A stretch of DNA of 64,000 nt, taken from IMG/VR virus record IMGVR_UViG_3300043084_000165, positions 27,704 to 91,703 of that record. The stretch is one strand, 5' to 3'. Position numbers and translations under genes: made by a program. Under the pieces are notes generated by a model. The model did no database searches and had not been told where the DNA came from. It was given only the letters and a program-made list of their open reading frames with translations. The stretch is from a virus (taxonomy: Duplodnaviria > Caudoviricetes). Of this stretch, positions 38,197 to 48,182 are shown piece after piece; within the stretch, counting starts at the first letter, position 1; every line of letters begins with the position of its first letter.

Positions 38197-40730
38197 TGAT
38201 TACATTTTTTGAACCAAAGCCAAATAGTTCCGCCGAGTGTTTTGACGGATCCTATCCGTTCATCCATTGGGCAGGACCGTTCTCCACTGGTGTGATACGA
38301 TATAAATCTCTATATATACTCTCAGACCAGGCAACCCTACGAGCTCGTCTTGACAGTTGGGATGCTAATGACTGGGTGTTTGCGCTATATAACAAACAGA
38401 GCGGCGCAGACGTCACAGATTATGACCAACAAGAATGGTTAGAGGTATCGGATGTGGTGAGCGGTAGCGTTACTCTTCGCGGCACTGAGTCCGGGGTTAA
38501 CTCGTTGTATTACTATCAGTTAATTGTTGTGTGCCGCTCAGATGTTGAGGGTGAGTACATAGAAAACTTATATATAAATGAAATCCCATACAAGGTTGGG
38601 GTTGAGTTCTGGGGTGAGAATGAAAACTTGAAGATAAATCTTGCCAACATCGGTGTGGAGATCCCCGAGCTTGTTACCAAGGCCCTCTACCCGACGGATG
38701 TGTATGAAGACGATACAGACTGGGTGCTGCTGAATCGAAAGTTTCGCGAGTTGCTCATCAGTCACATGGAGCTGTTGGATAACAAGGGTTCTTATAAGTC
38801 TCTTGAAAACGCCCTGCAGTGGTTTGAGTATGGTAATTTAGCGGAGCTGCGTGAGGTGTGGAAGTATGAGACTCCGGATGGCACCAAGATGTATGATCAG
38901 CCCATTGGTAAGTTTGTGAGCACTGTTGCCAATCAGCAGATGTTCAATTCTGCCAAAACAACCTATTTTGCACTACGCTCCCTTAAACGAGTACCAGGTG
39001 AAGGTGAAGGCTTCATACCCACACTGTATGATACAGATGCACTGGAGAATCCTGATACCGAGGGCCTGATAAGCAGATGGTCCGAAGACGAGATGCGTCT
39101 GAAGATGGTGCTGCTCGGTGATTTTTTAGAGACATATTTCATGCCCATCCATACAGAACTTGTTCGTTCGGTCGTAGAAGACATAAGCTCACATATCACT
39201 TATCTGGGTTGGGGTTCCAATGATATAGTGCTGGAAGAGTGCTTCACTGAGGCTAATGACTTTGATGTAGACTGGTCTTCTGATCAGGAAGATGAGAAGT
39301 CCTCACTGGATTTGTCTGATCCTACTTATCACCTGGACGTAGTACATGTGAATGCTGGGCTACCTCGTTCTGAAGCATATGGGCAGGCGCTGGAGAACGA
39401 TGGCACTATCCTACTCTCACAGGATGCTTATAAAGATATGCAGTACGCACCCATCATTGCCTGTCATGTTGTGGATGATGCAGATGCTACCACAGACGAA
39501 GATGTTGAACAAGCCCTGGAACAATCGCTGGGTCAGATTTACAATGGTATTGGAGCTGTGATAACAGGAAATTTTGAGTTTGAAGAACCTATAATATCAG
39601 GGTCTTGTGAGGGTAATCAGTGGGGTGAGTTTGTAACCACTTCATTTTCAGAGAGTTCTCCATCAAACAAGTTCTCTATCAGTTTCTTGTTCCCACATGC
39701 AGGTGAATATAAAATGTCGTTCAGATTCAAGGGGCAGTCCGGAAAGTACTACACCAAAGTCTACACATTCACTATTAAAGACAATGTGCGTGTTAACCTG
39801 AAGTACTATGCACTGGCAGCTGCGGTAGACAGATCCTGTGAAACACCAAATCCCTTCACAGCAGATCCAGCCGCTCTGTACAACACAACGCAAACCCTTG
39901 AGACTTCTGATTATACACTGGAGGAGCTTGAAGATTCTTACAAAGTGTTCCTGACGGATCAGGCTATTGCAAACGAAGATGAGTCAGGCATTCGATATTC
40001 AGCCTATATCCCAGTGCGTTCGTCATCAGATAAGACATATCACTGGCAAGCACCTTATGCAACAGTGATGAGAACTTGCACATGGTCTGGGCGAAACTCA
40101 GCAACAGCACTATATAACTTCTGCACAGCAAACAAGAGCAAGCTGAACAACTGCTGGTTTTCATGGAATCAGGGACTGATGTCTTCTTATATACGAATTG
40201 TGCCGCGTTATCGTGACCAGCCGCTACCAACATTCGATACTAGAACCGCGAACTTGCTCACCGGAGTTACTTACAGCACATATGATAAAGACGTATTCTT
40301 ACCTGAGGTTCATAAGCTTGTCCCGGTGCCTTCTGATGTGTGCCGCGACATTCCGGTCGTGTGCCAACCCACAGCCATTATAGAGCTATCTCAGAACGGA
40401 ACACAGGTAGAAAAGCGCGTGCCATATTCTTATATATGTGATAGCGACCCGGCATGGGAGTTCTATTCATGCTCACGTGTGCGTAATATACAGGCACTTA
40501 GTGATAATATATGCGATCCGTTTATTGCCTGGCCATACAACGAACCCCTGCCACTGGGCTTTTATAAGATCACGTTCAGATATAAAGTTGGTGATGAAGT
40601 AAAAACTATTAAAGACACTCCGTCGTGGAGGTTGGTTGATAAATATACTCCTCTGAGCTATGAGCAGTATGTACCAACCACAACTGAAACACAGGAGTTC
40701 CCGAAGAGTAGCACTATTACAATAGTATAA
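38193..40730 (+). CDS. Putative baseplate wedge (gp7-like) protein
   Basis: KGSYKSLENALQWF motif; follows the gp6-like gene. Confidence 0.5.
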   Translation: MMITFFEPKPNSSAECFDGSYPFIHWAGPFSTGVIRYKSLYILSDQATLRARLDSWDANDWVFALYNKQSGADVTDYDQQEWLEVSDVVSGSVTLRGTESGVNSLYYYQLIVVCRSDVEGEYIENLYINEIPYKVGVEFWGENENLKINLANIGVEIPELVTKALYPTDVYEDDTDWVLLNRKFRELLISHMELLDNKGSYKSLENALQWFEYGNLAELREVWKYETPDGTKMYDQPIGKFVSTVANQQMFNSAKTTYFALRSLKRVPGEGEGFIPTLYDTDALENPDTEGLISRWSEDEMRLKMVLLGDFLETYFMPIHTELVRSVVEDISSHITYLGWGSNDIVLEECFTEANDFDVDWSSDQEDEKSSLDLSDPTYHLDVVHVNAGLPRSEAYGQALENDGTILLSQDAYKDMQYAPIIACHVVDDADATTDEDVEQALEQSLGQIYNGIGAVITGNFEFEEPIISGSCEGNQWGEFVTTSFSESSPSNKFSISFLFPHAGEYKMSFRFKGQSGKYYTKVYTFTIKDNVRVNLKYYALAAAVDRSCETPNPFTADPAALYNTTQTLETSDYTLEELEDSYKVFLTDQAIANEDESGIRYSAYIPVRSSSDKTYHWQAPYATVMRTCTWSGRNSATALYNFCTANKSKLNNCWFSWNQGLMSSYIRIVPRYRDQPLPTFDTRTANLLTGVTYSTYDKDVFLPEVHKLVPVPSDVCRDIPVVCQPTAIIELSQNGTQVEKRVPYSYICDSDPAWEFYSCSRVRNIQALSDNICDPFIAWPYNEPLPLGFYKITFRYKVGDEVKTIKDTPSWRLVDKYTPLSYEQYVPTTTETQEFPKSSTITIV

Positions 40731-40732
40731 AA

Positions 40733-41017
40733 ATGTTTGCAGTGAATATTTGTGTGGCCACAGCAGGCCATGACCGTTATGACAAAGTTGCTATCAACAA
40801 GTATCCGATTGTTATCACTTCAGGTGAACTGACCGCAGTGCTTGCCAGCGACTCTATAAAAACTCTCATCAGCACAGTCATCAAGACACGTGATGTATAT
40901 AACAGCGCAGAGTTTTATGTGATGGCTATTGATAATGATAAACTGGTGTACAAAAAGGAGATTCCAGTGCGAGATTTGATAGCACTAGAATTTACCGAAG
41001 AGAACCAAAACTCATAA
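40733..41017 (+). CDS. Hypothetical protein
   Basis: Last gene of the plus-strand block. Confidence 0.6.
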   Translation: MFAVNICVATAGHDRYDKVAINKYPIVITSGELTAVLASDSIKTLISTVIKTRDVYNSAEFYVMAIDNDKLVYKKEIPVRDLIALEFTEENQNS

Positions 41018-41027
41018 CTTCGCAAAT

Positions 41028-41126
41028 AAGCGCATTTATTTGCGCTCTAACAAAAGATCAGCCCTGAGGATATATAAATCTTCAGGGCTGCTTTTATCTG
41101 CGCGTAGAGCGCGTTATTTTAAGTCA
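41028..41126 (-). repeat. Palindromic dispersed element family I, copy B
   Basis: Inverted near-identical copy of 11648-11746. Confidence 0.9.
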
Positions 41127-41291
41127 GAAGGTTTTGAGCACCTTCCCACAGGTCGGACAAACATATATCTTGCGATAAGAATGTCTGTCAATCATCATAG
41201 CCGGCTGATCATGAATGTCAAGCCATGCACATCGAAGCCGCAATAATTTGTTGCTCAGTGTGGTAATCTTTTGTTCTATAAAAAACCTCAT
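41124..41291 (-). CDS. Small possible zinc-ribbon protein
   Basis: Hand-translated 55 aa ending YVCPTCGKVLKTF; start uncertain. Confidence 0.35.
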   Translation of the reverse strand: MRFFIEQKITTLSNKLLRLRCAWLDIHDQPAMMIDRHSYRKIYVCPTCGKVLKTF

Positions 41292-41397
41292 ACTGCTCAT
41301 CTTTATAAACTATAGATAATACAACTACACTAGTACCCCATGTATTGAGCCAACTTACGACTGATGTGCGTTTTGAGAATGTTATAACGCTTGTCAT
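41218..41397 (-). CDS. Small hypothetical protein (59 aa)
   Basis: Hand-translated MTSVITFSKR...; ATGA coupling with the upstream gene. Confidence 0.4.
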   Translation of the reverse strand: MTSVITFSKRTSVVSWLNTWGTSVVVLSIVYKDEQYEVFYRTKDYHTEQQIIAASMCMA

Positions 41398-41738
41398 AGG
41401 AACAACCAGTTAATGATATAACAAAGCACCATCAGACCCATCATAGTGAGCACGCGCCCCAAAACCAGCGAACAACCTTTCATTCCATCCACAGTTTCTT
41501 GCGGCTTGGTTCCCTTCAGTTCATATCGTATCACAAAGAGCAGCGCCACAATGCCCACCCATCGGTGATAGTCGATGTTCACTGGTGTGTAGCCATATGA
41601 CTGAGCGATTGGGACAAACAACCGTTCATAACCCACGCTGCAAAACCAGGCGTCAAAAAATATGCACATCAGTGCAAGTGTTGCGAATGCTGGGATAGCT
41701 GTCACCAGCTGCGCTAATTTTTCTGTTAATTCTTTCAT
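41394..41738 (-). CDS. Membrane protein (3 TM)
   Basis: Three hydrophobic segments. Confidence 0.65.
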   Translation of the reverse strand: MKELTEKLAQLVTAIPAFATLALMCIFFDAWFCSVGYERLFVPIAQSYGYTPVNIDYHRWVGIVALLFVIRYELKGTKPQETVDGMKGCSLVLGRVLTMMGLMVLCYIINWLFL

Positions 41739-42103
41739 CTTCCAAAAATTTCTGTAAAATATTCTATAACATCCGCCATGTCATCATAAAAGACATTGAC
41801 AGTAATTTCATTCTGCTGTTTCTGATTATCACAGGATATATCAATTCCAAAACGAACCAGTTCGAATGGCTCTTCTCGATCCCCGGTGATAACTGCGCCA
41901 TCCCCCAACATTTCAATGGTCTGAAGAATATCAAAGATGCGTGGTGGCTGAGCTCGTTTTACACCGTTGATGACGATCCAACCCATGTCCTGGACCTGTT
42001 GGCCGCGGCGGATAAATTTATCACCGTCCCGGGTGAACCCTGGTGTGTTCTGCGCGATATATTCTCGCAACTCATCTCGTAAACTCTGCAATGATTGATT
42101 CAT
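41735..42103 (-). CDS. Hypothetical protein
   Basis: Coupled ORF. Confidence 0.6.
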   Translation of the reverse strand: MNQSLQSLRDELREYIAQNTPGFTRDGDKFIRRGQQVQDMGWIVINGVKRAQPPRIFDILQTIEMLGDGAVITGDREEPFELVRFGIDISCDNQKQQNEITVNVFYDDMADVIEYFTEIFGR

Positions 42104-42512
42104 ATTGATCTGGTGTTATATATTCTCCTAAAAGTTCGTTAGCTACCTCTTTCCAATCAACAGCCAGCATGAATTTACCGCGAGTGTTTGTGATTGCTTT
42201 CATAGGGCAACCCAACGCTGCATCATCTATATATAAGTCTGCGTGCTGCTTCGGTGAACCTGTTCCCCAGCCTGATGATGACTTGTTGATTGCGTCAAAT
42301 TCAATACCCACACGCTTGCAAAAATCCACAGCCTCCTGTAAGACATTGTGACCCTTAACTGGCTCTTCAGATCGCATAGTCCACAGGAAAACCTTGTGTC
42401 CATTAGCACGCAGGGCTTGAATAGTCTTTACCGCTCCGGGAAGCAGCTTGCCAATCTTCGGGAACTCATGTGTGACAATAGTTCCATCAAAATCAATTGC
42501 TATATTACTCAT
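42072..42512 (-). CDS. Capless HAD hydrolase (BT0820-like)
   Basis: IAIDFDGTIV.HEFPKIG, LWTMR, K..ADLYIDD. Confidence 0.85.
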   Translation of the reverse strand: MSNIAIDFDGTIVTHEFPKIGKLLPGAVKTIQALRANGHKVFLWTMRSEEPVKGHNVLQEAVDFCKRVGIEFDAINKSSSGWGTGSPKQHADLYIDDAALGCPMKAITNTRGKFMLAVDWKEVANELLGEYITPDQYESIIAEFTR

Positions 42513-42540
42513 ATTGCTTCGTATTTATTGTATTCAAATC

Positions 42541-42609
42541 TATTGAGCTCTGCTCAACTGGATTAGAGCGTGCTCGAAGATATATAACAAATTCCGTTCA
42601 AATATTTAG
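42541..42609 (-). promoter_or_regulatory. Phage promoter (42576-42609) plus structured leader (42541-42581)
   Basis: CTAAA-N18-TATATATCTTC followed by double hairpin homologous to 21105-21149. Confidence 0.7.
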
Positions 42610-42612
42610 AAA

Positions 42613-42648
42613 CAAAAAGCCCAATCTGCGTTGCAAACTGGGCTTTGG
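42613..42648 (-). terminator. Intrinsic terminator
   Basis: AAAGCCCAGTTTGC-AAC-GCAGATTGGGCTTTTT. Confidence 0.75.
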
Positions 42649-42665
42649 TGTTAAAAATAAGCGGA

Positions 42666-43070
42666 TTATTCCTCAACAGGATCAACTGAAGGAGCCTCTG
42701 TTGCAGTGGTGCTCTTCTTTGTGGTAGTTGCTTCCTCAACAATCTCCTCAGCAACCGCATCTTCTGCCTCAGCGGTTACTTCATCAGCAATAGACTGAGC
42801 TTCGGGGGTTGCTTCCTCAGATGCTGGCACTTCATCCTGCGTTGGAGTGAGTTCAATCTCACCGTCATTGGTGTCTTCAGGATCCTTCGGTTCCTTGATC
42901 TCAGGAATGTCAGTTGGAACTGCGTCGGCAGCTACTTCCTCGGCAGTCTCTGCCTGGGTGATATACTTATCAGCAACTTCCTGCGCTGAGAGCTTCTCAC
43001 ATTCGTCAAGCACACCCACTTGAGTGATCGCGCCCTTGGTCACAAGAGCTTCTAACTGTTGTCTATTCAT
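42666..43070 (-). CDS. Acidic low-complexity protein
   Basis: E/A/T/P-rich 134 aa. Confidence 0.65.
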   Translation of the reverse strand: MNRQQLEALVTKGAITQVGVLDECEKLSAQEVADKYITQAETAEEVAADAVPTDIPEIKEPKDPEDTNDGEIELTPTQDEVPASEEATPEAQSIADEVTAEAEDAVAEEIVEEATTTKKSTTATEAPSVDPVEE

Positions 43071-43094
43071 ATTTGTATAACGTTATATTCTAAT

Positions 43095-44780
43095 CTATAT
43101 AATAATATTCAGCACCCATTTAGTCATACCTGAGTCTTGTATGCGATAATAAGCAGAGTGCCCCATAGCTTCACGTTCGGTCCAATTCTCTTTATCCGGA
43201 GCCAGGCCTAATTCTTTGATGCGTTTTTTCGTAAATGCGGATCTATGAAATCTCTGATATGTAAATTTATTCACATACCAATAAGAACAGCTGCACGAAC
43301 CCTGCTTGAATCCAAGTTTCTTATAAAGATTTCCATCACTGATGTCATTCAGGCTAAAGGATGTGATGAGCTGCGGATGGTATTTGTTTATAAAATATTT
43401 GAGCAGCTTACCTGCCGCACCAACAACTGATGTATTGAGTTTATTACAGAACCTTATAAGTTCCCATTCACCATCATTGACAGTTTTGCTTCCTGACAGT
43501 TTTGATCGTTTATTAAAGCACATCACAGATACAAGCTCACCGTTATATGTAAGGCCTAACTTAATAGCTGCTGGCGTTTGTCCTTGTATATGGTTTTTAT
43601 TCAAAAACTCAGTCGTAGACTTTAATTCGATAACCCCACACTTGCGCGCCCATATACGCTCACTGAATCCTAGCTTATTAAGGATCATAGATCGAACAAT
43701 TTCGGGTTTGGTCTTTATCCAATCTTCCCATATTTGTATCAGTTGTATGTGCTGGGACTGACAGTTTTTGAATTTGTCGAAATGATAGTTTGCAGTTTTT
43801 ACCACATCTGAATGCCACCAGCAGCCATTAACCTCAATGGCAAGATTGTGATCAGGTATATAAAAATCAAGCTCATAACCATTTAGTATAGACCTGTCCG
43901 ATTTTGGTTCTATACCCACCCCTTTTAATATGCTTGCGATAAATATTTCACAAGTGTTCAATCTCGTATATTTACCCACGGGAAGGATCCAAGTGCATGG
44001 TTCGGTTTGATTTTTCGCACGCGACTGGTATATATAATTTTGTACTATGTAAAATTTTTCACTACACTGGTTACAGTCGGGGTGTGGGCATTTGCAAATC
44101 CAGTCCCCGTTCTCATCATATCCCAGCAACCAGGGTAAAGATTCCACCCAATGTTTGCGTTGTTCTTTAGATGAACGAACCTTACTCCGCTCACGCACCT
44201 CAGCTGAGCTCATGGGGTTTGGTCCGCCATATCGTTCCAAACATGTGGCCCTGAACTTATCTTTAACAATTTCTGTCTGAGCTGGATTCGCCGTACCATA
44301 TCGCTCCAAACTGGTCTTTACATATTTTTCTCTGTGTTCTTCTGTCTGAGCTGGATTCTCTACACCATATCGCTCCAGACATGTAGCTTTAACCTTGTTT
44401 CGAATATCCCGCTTGGTGCTCTCATCGTATCTTAACTTTGTCTCTGATATCTTTTGAGCAACATCTTTATTACCAGTCGCAGTCTTTGTACCATATCGTT
44501 CCAAACATGTAGCCTCGCGTTTGGATTGGTTAGCATTAGCGGCACATTTGCAGCTACAATATTCAGAATATCCTTTAATGAGATTTATAAAAGATACTTG
44601 TTTGCCACAGTAACACAATGGCGCCTGCTGAAGTCCGTGATACTCTTGATATATTTTCTCTGAAAATTTTGCACAGTTATGTGCTTCTATTTTCTTGTAA
44701 AGATCAGGCCAGTGATGTCTAAAGACGCGCGGCACGATCTTGTACTTATTTTGTATTATCCATTCCCAGGTTGGTTCCAT
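43095..44780 (-). CDS. Homing-endonuclease-like protein, paralogue 3
   Basis: Four LERYG repeats, CPHPDCNQC, ELDFYIP..IEVNGCWWHS, NHIQG..WELIRFC..LYKKLGF. Confidence 0.78.
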   Translation of the reverse strand: MEPTWEWIIQNKYKIVPRVFRHHWPDLYKKIEAHNCAKFSEKIYQEYHGLQQAPLCYCGKQVSFINLIKGYSEYCSCKCAANANQSKREATCLERYGTKTATGNKDVAQKISETKLRYDESTKRDIRNKVKATCLERYGVENPAQTEEHREKYVKTSLERYGTANPAQTEIVKDKFRATCLERYGGPNPMSSAEVRERSKVRSSKEQRKHWVESLPWLLGYDENGDWICKCPHPDCNQCSEKFYIVQNYIYQSRAKNQTEPCTWILPVGKYTRLNTCEIFIASILKGVGIEPKSDRSILNGYELDFYIPDHNLAIEVNGCWWHSDVVKTANYHFDKFKNCQSQHIQLIQIWEDWIKTKPEIVRSMILNKLGFSERIWARKCGVIELKSTTEFLNKNHIQGQTPAAIKLGLTYNGELVSVMCFNKRSKLSGSKTVNDGEWELIRFCNKLNTSVVGAAGKLLKYFINKYHPQLITSFSLNDISDGNLYKKLGFKQGSCSCSYWYVNKFTYQRFHRSAFTKKRIKELGLAPDKENWTEREAMGHSAYYRIQDSGMTKWVLNIII

Positions 44781-44820
44781 GTGTTAATATATTAGTTACC
44801 GGTGAAATATATAGAGGCAT

Positions 44821-44850
44821 AAAAAAAGACCGCGGAGCGGCCTTTTTTTT
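44821..44850 (-). terminator. Intrinsic terminator
   Basis: GGCCGC-TCC-GCGGTC flanked by A/T tracts. Confidence 0.75.
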
Positions 44851-44863
44851 GTTGTATTGGTTT

Positions 44864-46375
44864 TTAATATTTTTTACCACCTCGAGCGAACTGAAGTCGC
44901 ATCTGTTCGTTGATCATTCGCTTGACCGAACGCTCAGGTGCATCTGAGTCATAAAGACCTGCACAAAGCGTAAATGAGCGAATGGAGAGTTCAACAGGCG
45001 CCTTCTTGTCTGCAAGTTCCTGAAGGTAATCTAGTGCCTTTGATTTAGCTTCCTCTGAGATAACGCCAGCCATAATCTTTGGCGCAAGACCACGAATAAG
45101 ATCCAGGATCTCATTAGTGGTGAAGCTTAAATCGCAGATAAGTGCACGGTTACGAACAGCGGTATCAATCTGTCCCGCGTTATAATTGGTTATCACGAGC
45201 CCACCTGCTTCATACAAGAACTCTTTTGGGTAGTACCATTTACCCTTAACCTCATCCCAAACTGCGTCATCACACATCTCGGCGATTTCAGTAGGCATAG
45301 GAATTGGTGTGGAGATACCCCAGGTTACCCAGCGCTCATCAGAAGAGTCAAATGCGGCCTTGAGGAGGTTGATTGCATCCGGATCCTTGAATACTGAGTC
45401 ACAATCATCCATGATGATGAGCTGACCCTTGTTCTTAAAGTCATGCAGTGCCATGTAAAGAGCGGCTGGTGTACACTTACCCTTGAGCAGCTTGTAGTCG
45501 CGGTTCTGTTCAAGACCCGAACCCTTCACCGCCTGCATTACGCGATAGGTCTTACCAACACCAGGTGCACCACAAAGCAGTGCCAGTGGACGGATACCCT
45601 TGATGACGTTGTAGATATAGTTCTTCATGTCATCAAAACGCTCTTCCGGAGTGGCGCGTTCCTCGTCCTCAAACATAGTATTGATACTTTCTACATCCTT
45701 GTCAGTTGCTGCCTGAACTGTTACTGAACCGCGAACTGAGATGCGTGCCTCTGCAAGCTCTGCAACCAACTGATCATATTCTGCCTGAAGACCTGCGGTG
45801 TCCTTACCCTTCTTCTTAGCATCGCGAAGGCGCTGATAGAGGTTGCCCTTCTTACGCTCCAGCTCTGCCAAGTGTGGATCCTTGTCTTCGTTAACACGAA
45901 TGCTGTTCTCAGTAAAGATAACAGACTCAAACAACTGCGCATCTTTGATATGGGCGCTGACTGCTGCTGTAGTCATTGCAATCTTACCAGTGAGGACCGC
46001 CTCTACAAGCTTCATCATCTGAACTGTGTTGGCACCCTTAGCTTCAGCATATACATCATAGGTATGCTTCTGAGAATCAGGATAGAACGAGGTTGCAAAT
46101 GCATTGTTAAAGTCCTTAGTAAAGAGAACTGCTTCTACCTGCGCAGTAGCTGCAAGATCCCAAATGAACAGCGCTCCTTCAGACTTTTCATTAAACATGT
46201 ACACAGCGAGCTTGTTCTTATTATCCACACTCACCGCATAGGTCTGAGGAACTGTATAGATTTTTCGCTTGCTGAGATAAGATGACATCAGTTTGATTAC
46301 CTTGTCAATATCGCGCGAGCGGACACCCTCAAAAAGTGGGCGACAATTTTCTTTAATAAATGAACTTAAGTCCAT
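44864..46375 (-). CDS. AAA+ ATPase with N-terminal extension
   Basis: GAPGVGKT, IIMDDCD, VITN, AVRNR, LSIRS. Confidence 0.85.
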   Translation of the reverse strand: MDLSSFIKENCRPLFEGVRSRDIDKVIKLMSSYLSKRKIYTVPQTYAVSVDNKNKLAVYMFNEKSEGALFIWDLAATAQVEAVLFTKDFNNAFATSFYPDSQKHTYDVYAEAKGANTVQMMKLVEAVLTGKIAMTTAAVSAHIKDAQLFESVIFTENSIRVNEDKDPHLAELERKKGNLYQRLRDAKKKGKDTAGLQAEYDQLVAELAEARISVRGSVTVQAATDKDVESINTMFEDEERATPEERFDDMKNYIYNVIKGIRPLALLCGAPGVGKTYRVMQAVKGSGLEQNRDYKLLKGKCTPAALYMALHDFKNKGQLIIMDDCDSVFKDPDAINLLKAAFDSSDERWVTWGISTPIPMPTEIAEMCDDAVWDEVKGKWYYPKEFLYEAGGLVITNYNAGQIDTAVRNRALICDLSFTTNEILDLIRGLAPKIMAGVISEEAKSKALDYLQELADKKAPVELSIRSFTLCAGLYDSDAPERSVKRMINEQMRLQFARGGKKY

Positions 46376-46399
46376 GAATTGTATTTATACGTATAATTC

Positions 46400-47083
46400 T
46401 CAACATTTCTTTCCATGGACGACTACCTTGAACTCATCACCTTCATGCAAGATGTCTAGTACAGCCATTGCTGTGCGCTTGAGCATCATATACCCGTCAT
46501 GAGTGCCCTTGAATTGATATTCAATAGTTTTCTCAACGACGTATCCAGTATTCAGTTCGCTGACTTCACCACGCTCCAGACCCAAATCATCAAAGAACTG
46601 TTGCATCTTGGTGATAATCTTATGGTCAAGATCGGGACGTTCAGTCCATGAAATATTTATTTTATAATATCCAATTTCTGACTGTACCGATGATGGTTGA
46701 GCATCTTCCACAGGTGCCTGTTTGGGAATGGGCTTCACCTTTGGCTCCTCTTTCGGGCGCGGTGCGATGACTTTCTTTCGAGGCTGCATGGATGTGTTTT
46801 GTCTTTTTCTAATAATATTAAAGTCATCATCGGTGCCTTTGACGGGTGCCTTGTTTTCAGATTGTTTTGACCATCGTTCAGGATCTTTCCAATTGTCGGG
46901 ATTGCAATACTCCGGAGTCTCTGGTCTACCACCTATCTTATATAGTTCTACACATATATCAGCATAGGGTTTGAGCAGCGGGCGACCATCATACTGTTTT
47001 ATATAGCATCGCTGAAGAGCTTCGCGTATAAGACCGCGCTTACGGTCCAGCTCTTTTCTGTCTTCTCTTGTATATTCTTTCAT
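46400..47083 (-). CDS. Hypothetical protein
   Basis: 227-aa ORF with promoter CTAAA-N18-TATTT at 47090-47117. Confidence 0.65.
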   Translation of the reverse strand: MKEYTREDRKELDRKRGLIREALQRCYIKQYDGRPLLKPYADICVELYKIGGRPETPEYCNPDNWKDPERWSKQSENKAPVKGTDDDFNIIRKRQNTSMQPRKKVIAPRPKEEPKVKPIPKQAPVEDAQPSSVQSEIGYYKINISWTERPDLDHKIITKMQQFFDDLGLERGEVSELNTGYVVEKTIEYQFKGTHDGYMMLKRTAMAVLDILHEGDEFKVVVHGKKC

Positions 47084-47124
47084 GTGATAAAATAACTAAC
47101 CCAACGCTTCACTTTAGCACTTAA

Positions 47125-47240
47125 ATCATATATAAGAGCAAACCATCACCCAATCATCGCGCACGTATTACAGTATTGATAATCAACGAGGTAAATCCCA
47201 ACCATCACCATCAGCACACACAAACTATTGTCACCTGACG
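47125..47240. repeat. Dispersed intergenic element family II, copy 3
   Basis: TTAC-AGTA-TTGAT-A-ATCAA-CGAG-GTAA then ACCATCACCATC, TATTGTCACC, TATATAAGAGCAAA. Confidence 0.62.
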
Positions 47241-47266
47241 ATTATATATAAAAACACACTTACAAC

Positions 47267-47887
47267 ATGAGTTTGTCACTGTCCCCACGATATGACCTGG
47301 TGCGATTTGCGTTTGATAAGGACTTCCTTCCTGAACCTGTCACCAAAAAGTGGCACAAGTTCCTGTTAAAGAACCCGGGAGTCATATCTACACCCATAGA
47401 TTACCTCAACGAATCCATTCGTGGTATTACATTCCCGGGCATTTCAGACCTAACCATCACACAGAGCCAACACTCTTCTAACTCTATCACTCGAACAGGC
47501 AACCGTATCAATGTAGAACCCAAACAGGACAATGCCACAGGCACTCCTGCCAATCCGCTGGACCGCATAGAGCGCAACATTACAGTTAAGTTCAGACTGA
47601 ACCAAGGTTTATATAACTATTGGATGTTGTATGAGACCATCTTTTATAGAATCTGTAAGCCGTGGTTGTATGACAAGGGTGATGATATGTTCATAGATGT
47701 ACTGAACGAAACAGGTAACCCGGTGTGTCGGGTGAAACTGTATCAGTGCCATATAACCGGACTGGATGGTTTGGAATTTGCCTTTGACAAGGTGGAACGC
47801 CAGTCTGATGAGTTTAGTCTGACTTTCACATTCAACAACATAGACTGCGATTTTGCTGATGAGCTGGTTGCAGATAGTGAAGACTAA
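47267..47887 (+). CDS. Tail-tube-fold protein (T4 gp3/gp19/gp54-like)
   Basis: ITFPGIS, ITVKFRL...NYW, LNETGNP..VKLY..ITGLDGLEF..FSLTF. Confidence 0.6.
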   Translation: MSLSLSPRYDLVRFAFDKDFLPEPVTKKWHKFLLKNPGVISTPIDYLNESIRGITFPGISDLTITQSQHSSNSITRTGNRINVEPKQDNATGTPANPLDRIERNITVKFRLNQGLYNYWMLYETIFYRICKPWLYDKGDDMFIDVLNETGNPVCRVKLYQCHITGLDGLEFAFDKVERQSDEFSLTFTFNNIDCDFADELVADSED

Positions 47888-48090
47888 AGTTTTTCAATCG
47901 TCAAGTGAGGATGGTTCAATCCAATCTTGACGATTTTTTGTTGCACCTGAACATGTAGTATGAGTTCCTGACCCGACATAGACCAGTCAATAACCTCCCC
48001 CTCCACATCCAGGGCGATCAGGCAGTCACACTTAAAGTGATATTTTGAGCCGATCATCAGGCTTGCAATGTATTCGTATATAGGTTTCAT
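47884..48090 (-). CDS. Small hypothetical protein
   Basis: Likely start MKPIYEYI at 48090. Confidence 0.55.
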   Translation of the reverse strand: MKPIYEYIASLMIGSKYHFKCDCLIALDVEGEVIDWSMSGQELILHVQVQQKIVKIGLNHPHLTIEKL

Positions 48091-48182
48091 ATGTATATAA
48101 AATAAAAACAACCACCCAATCTCACGATCAAATGGTTGTCAACAAAAGAACATTTACAGAGAAAAATCACCGGTGTGTTGGT

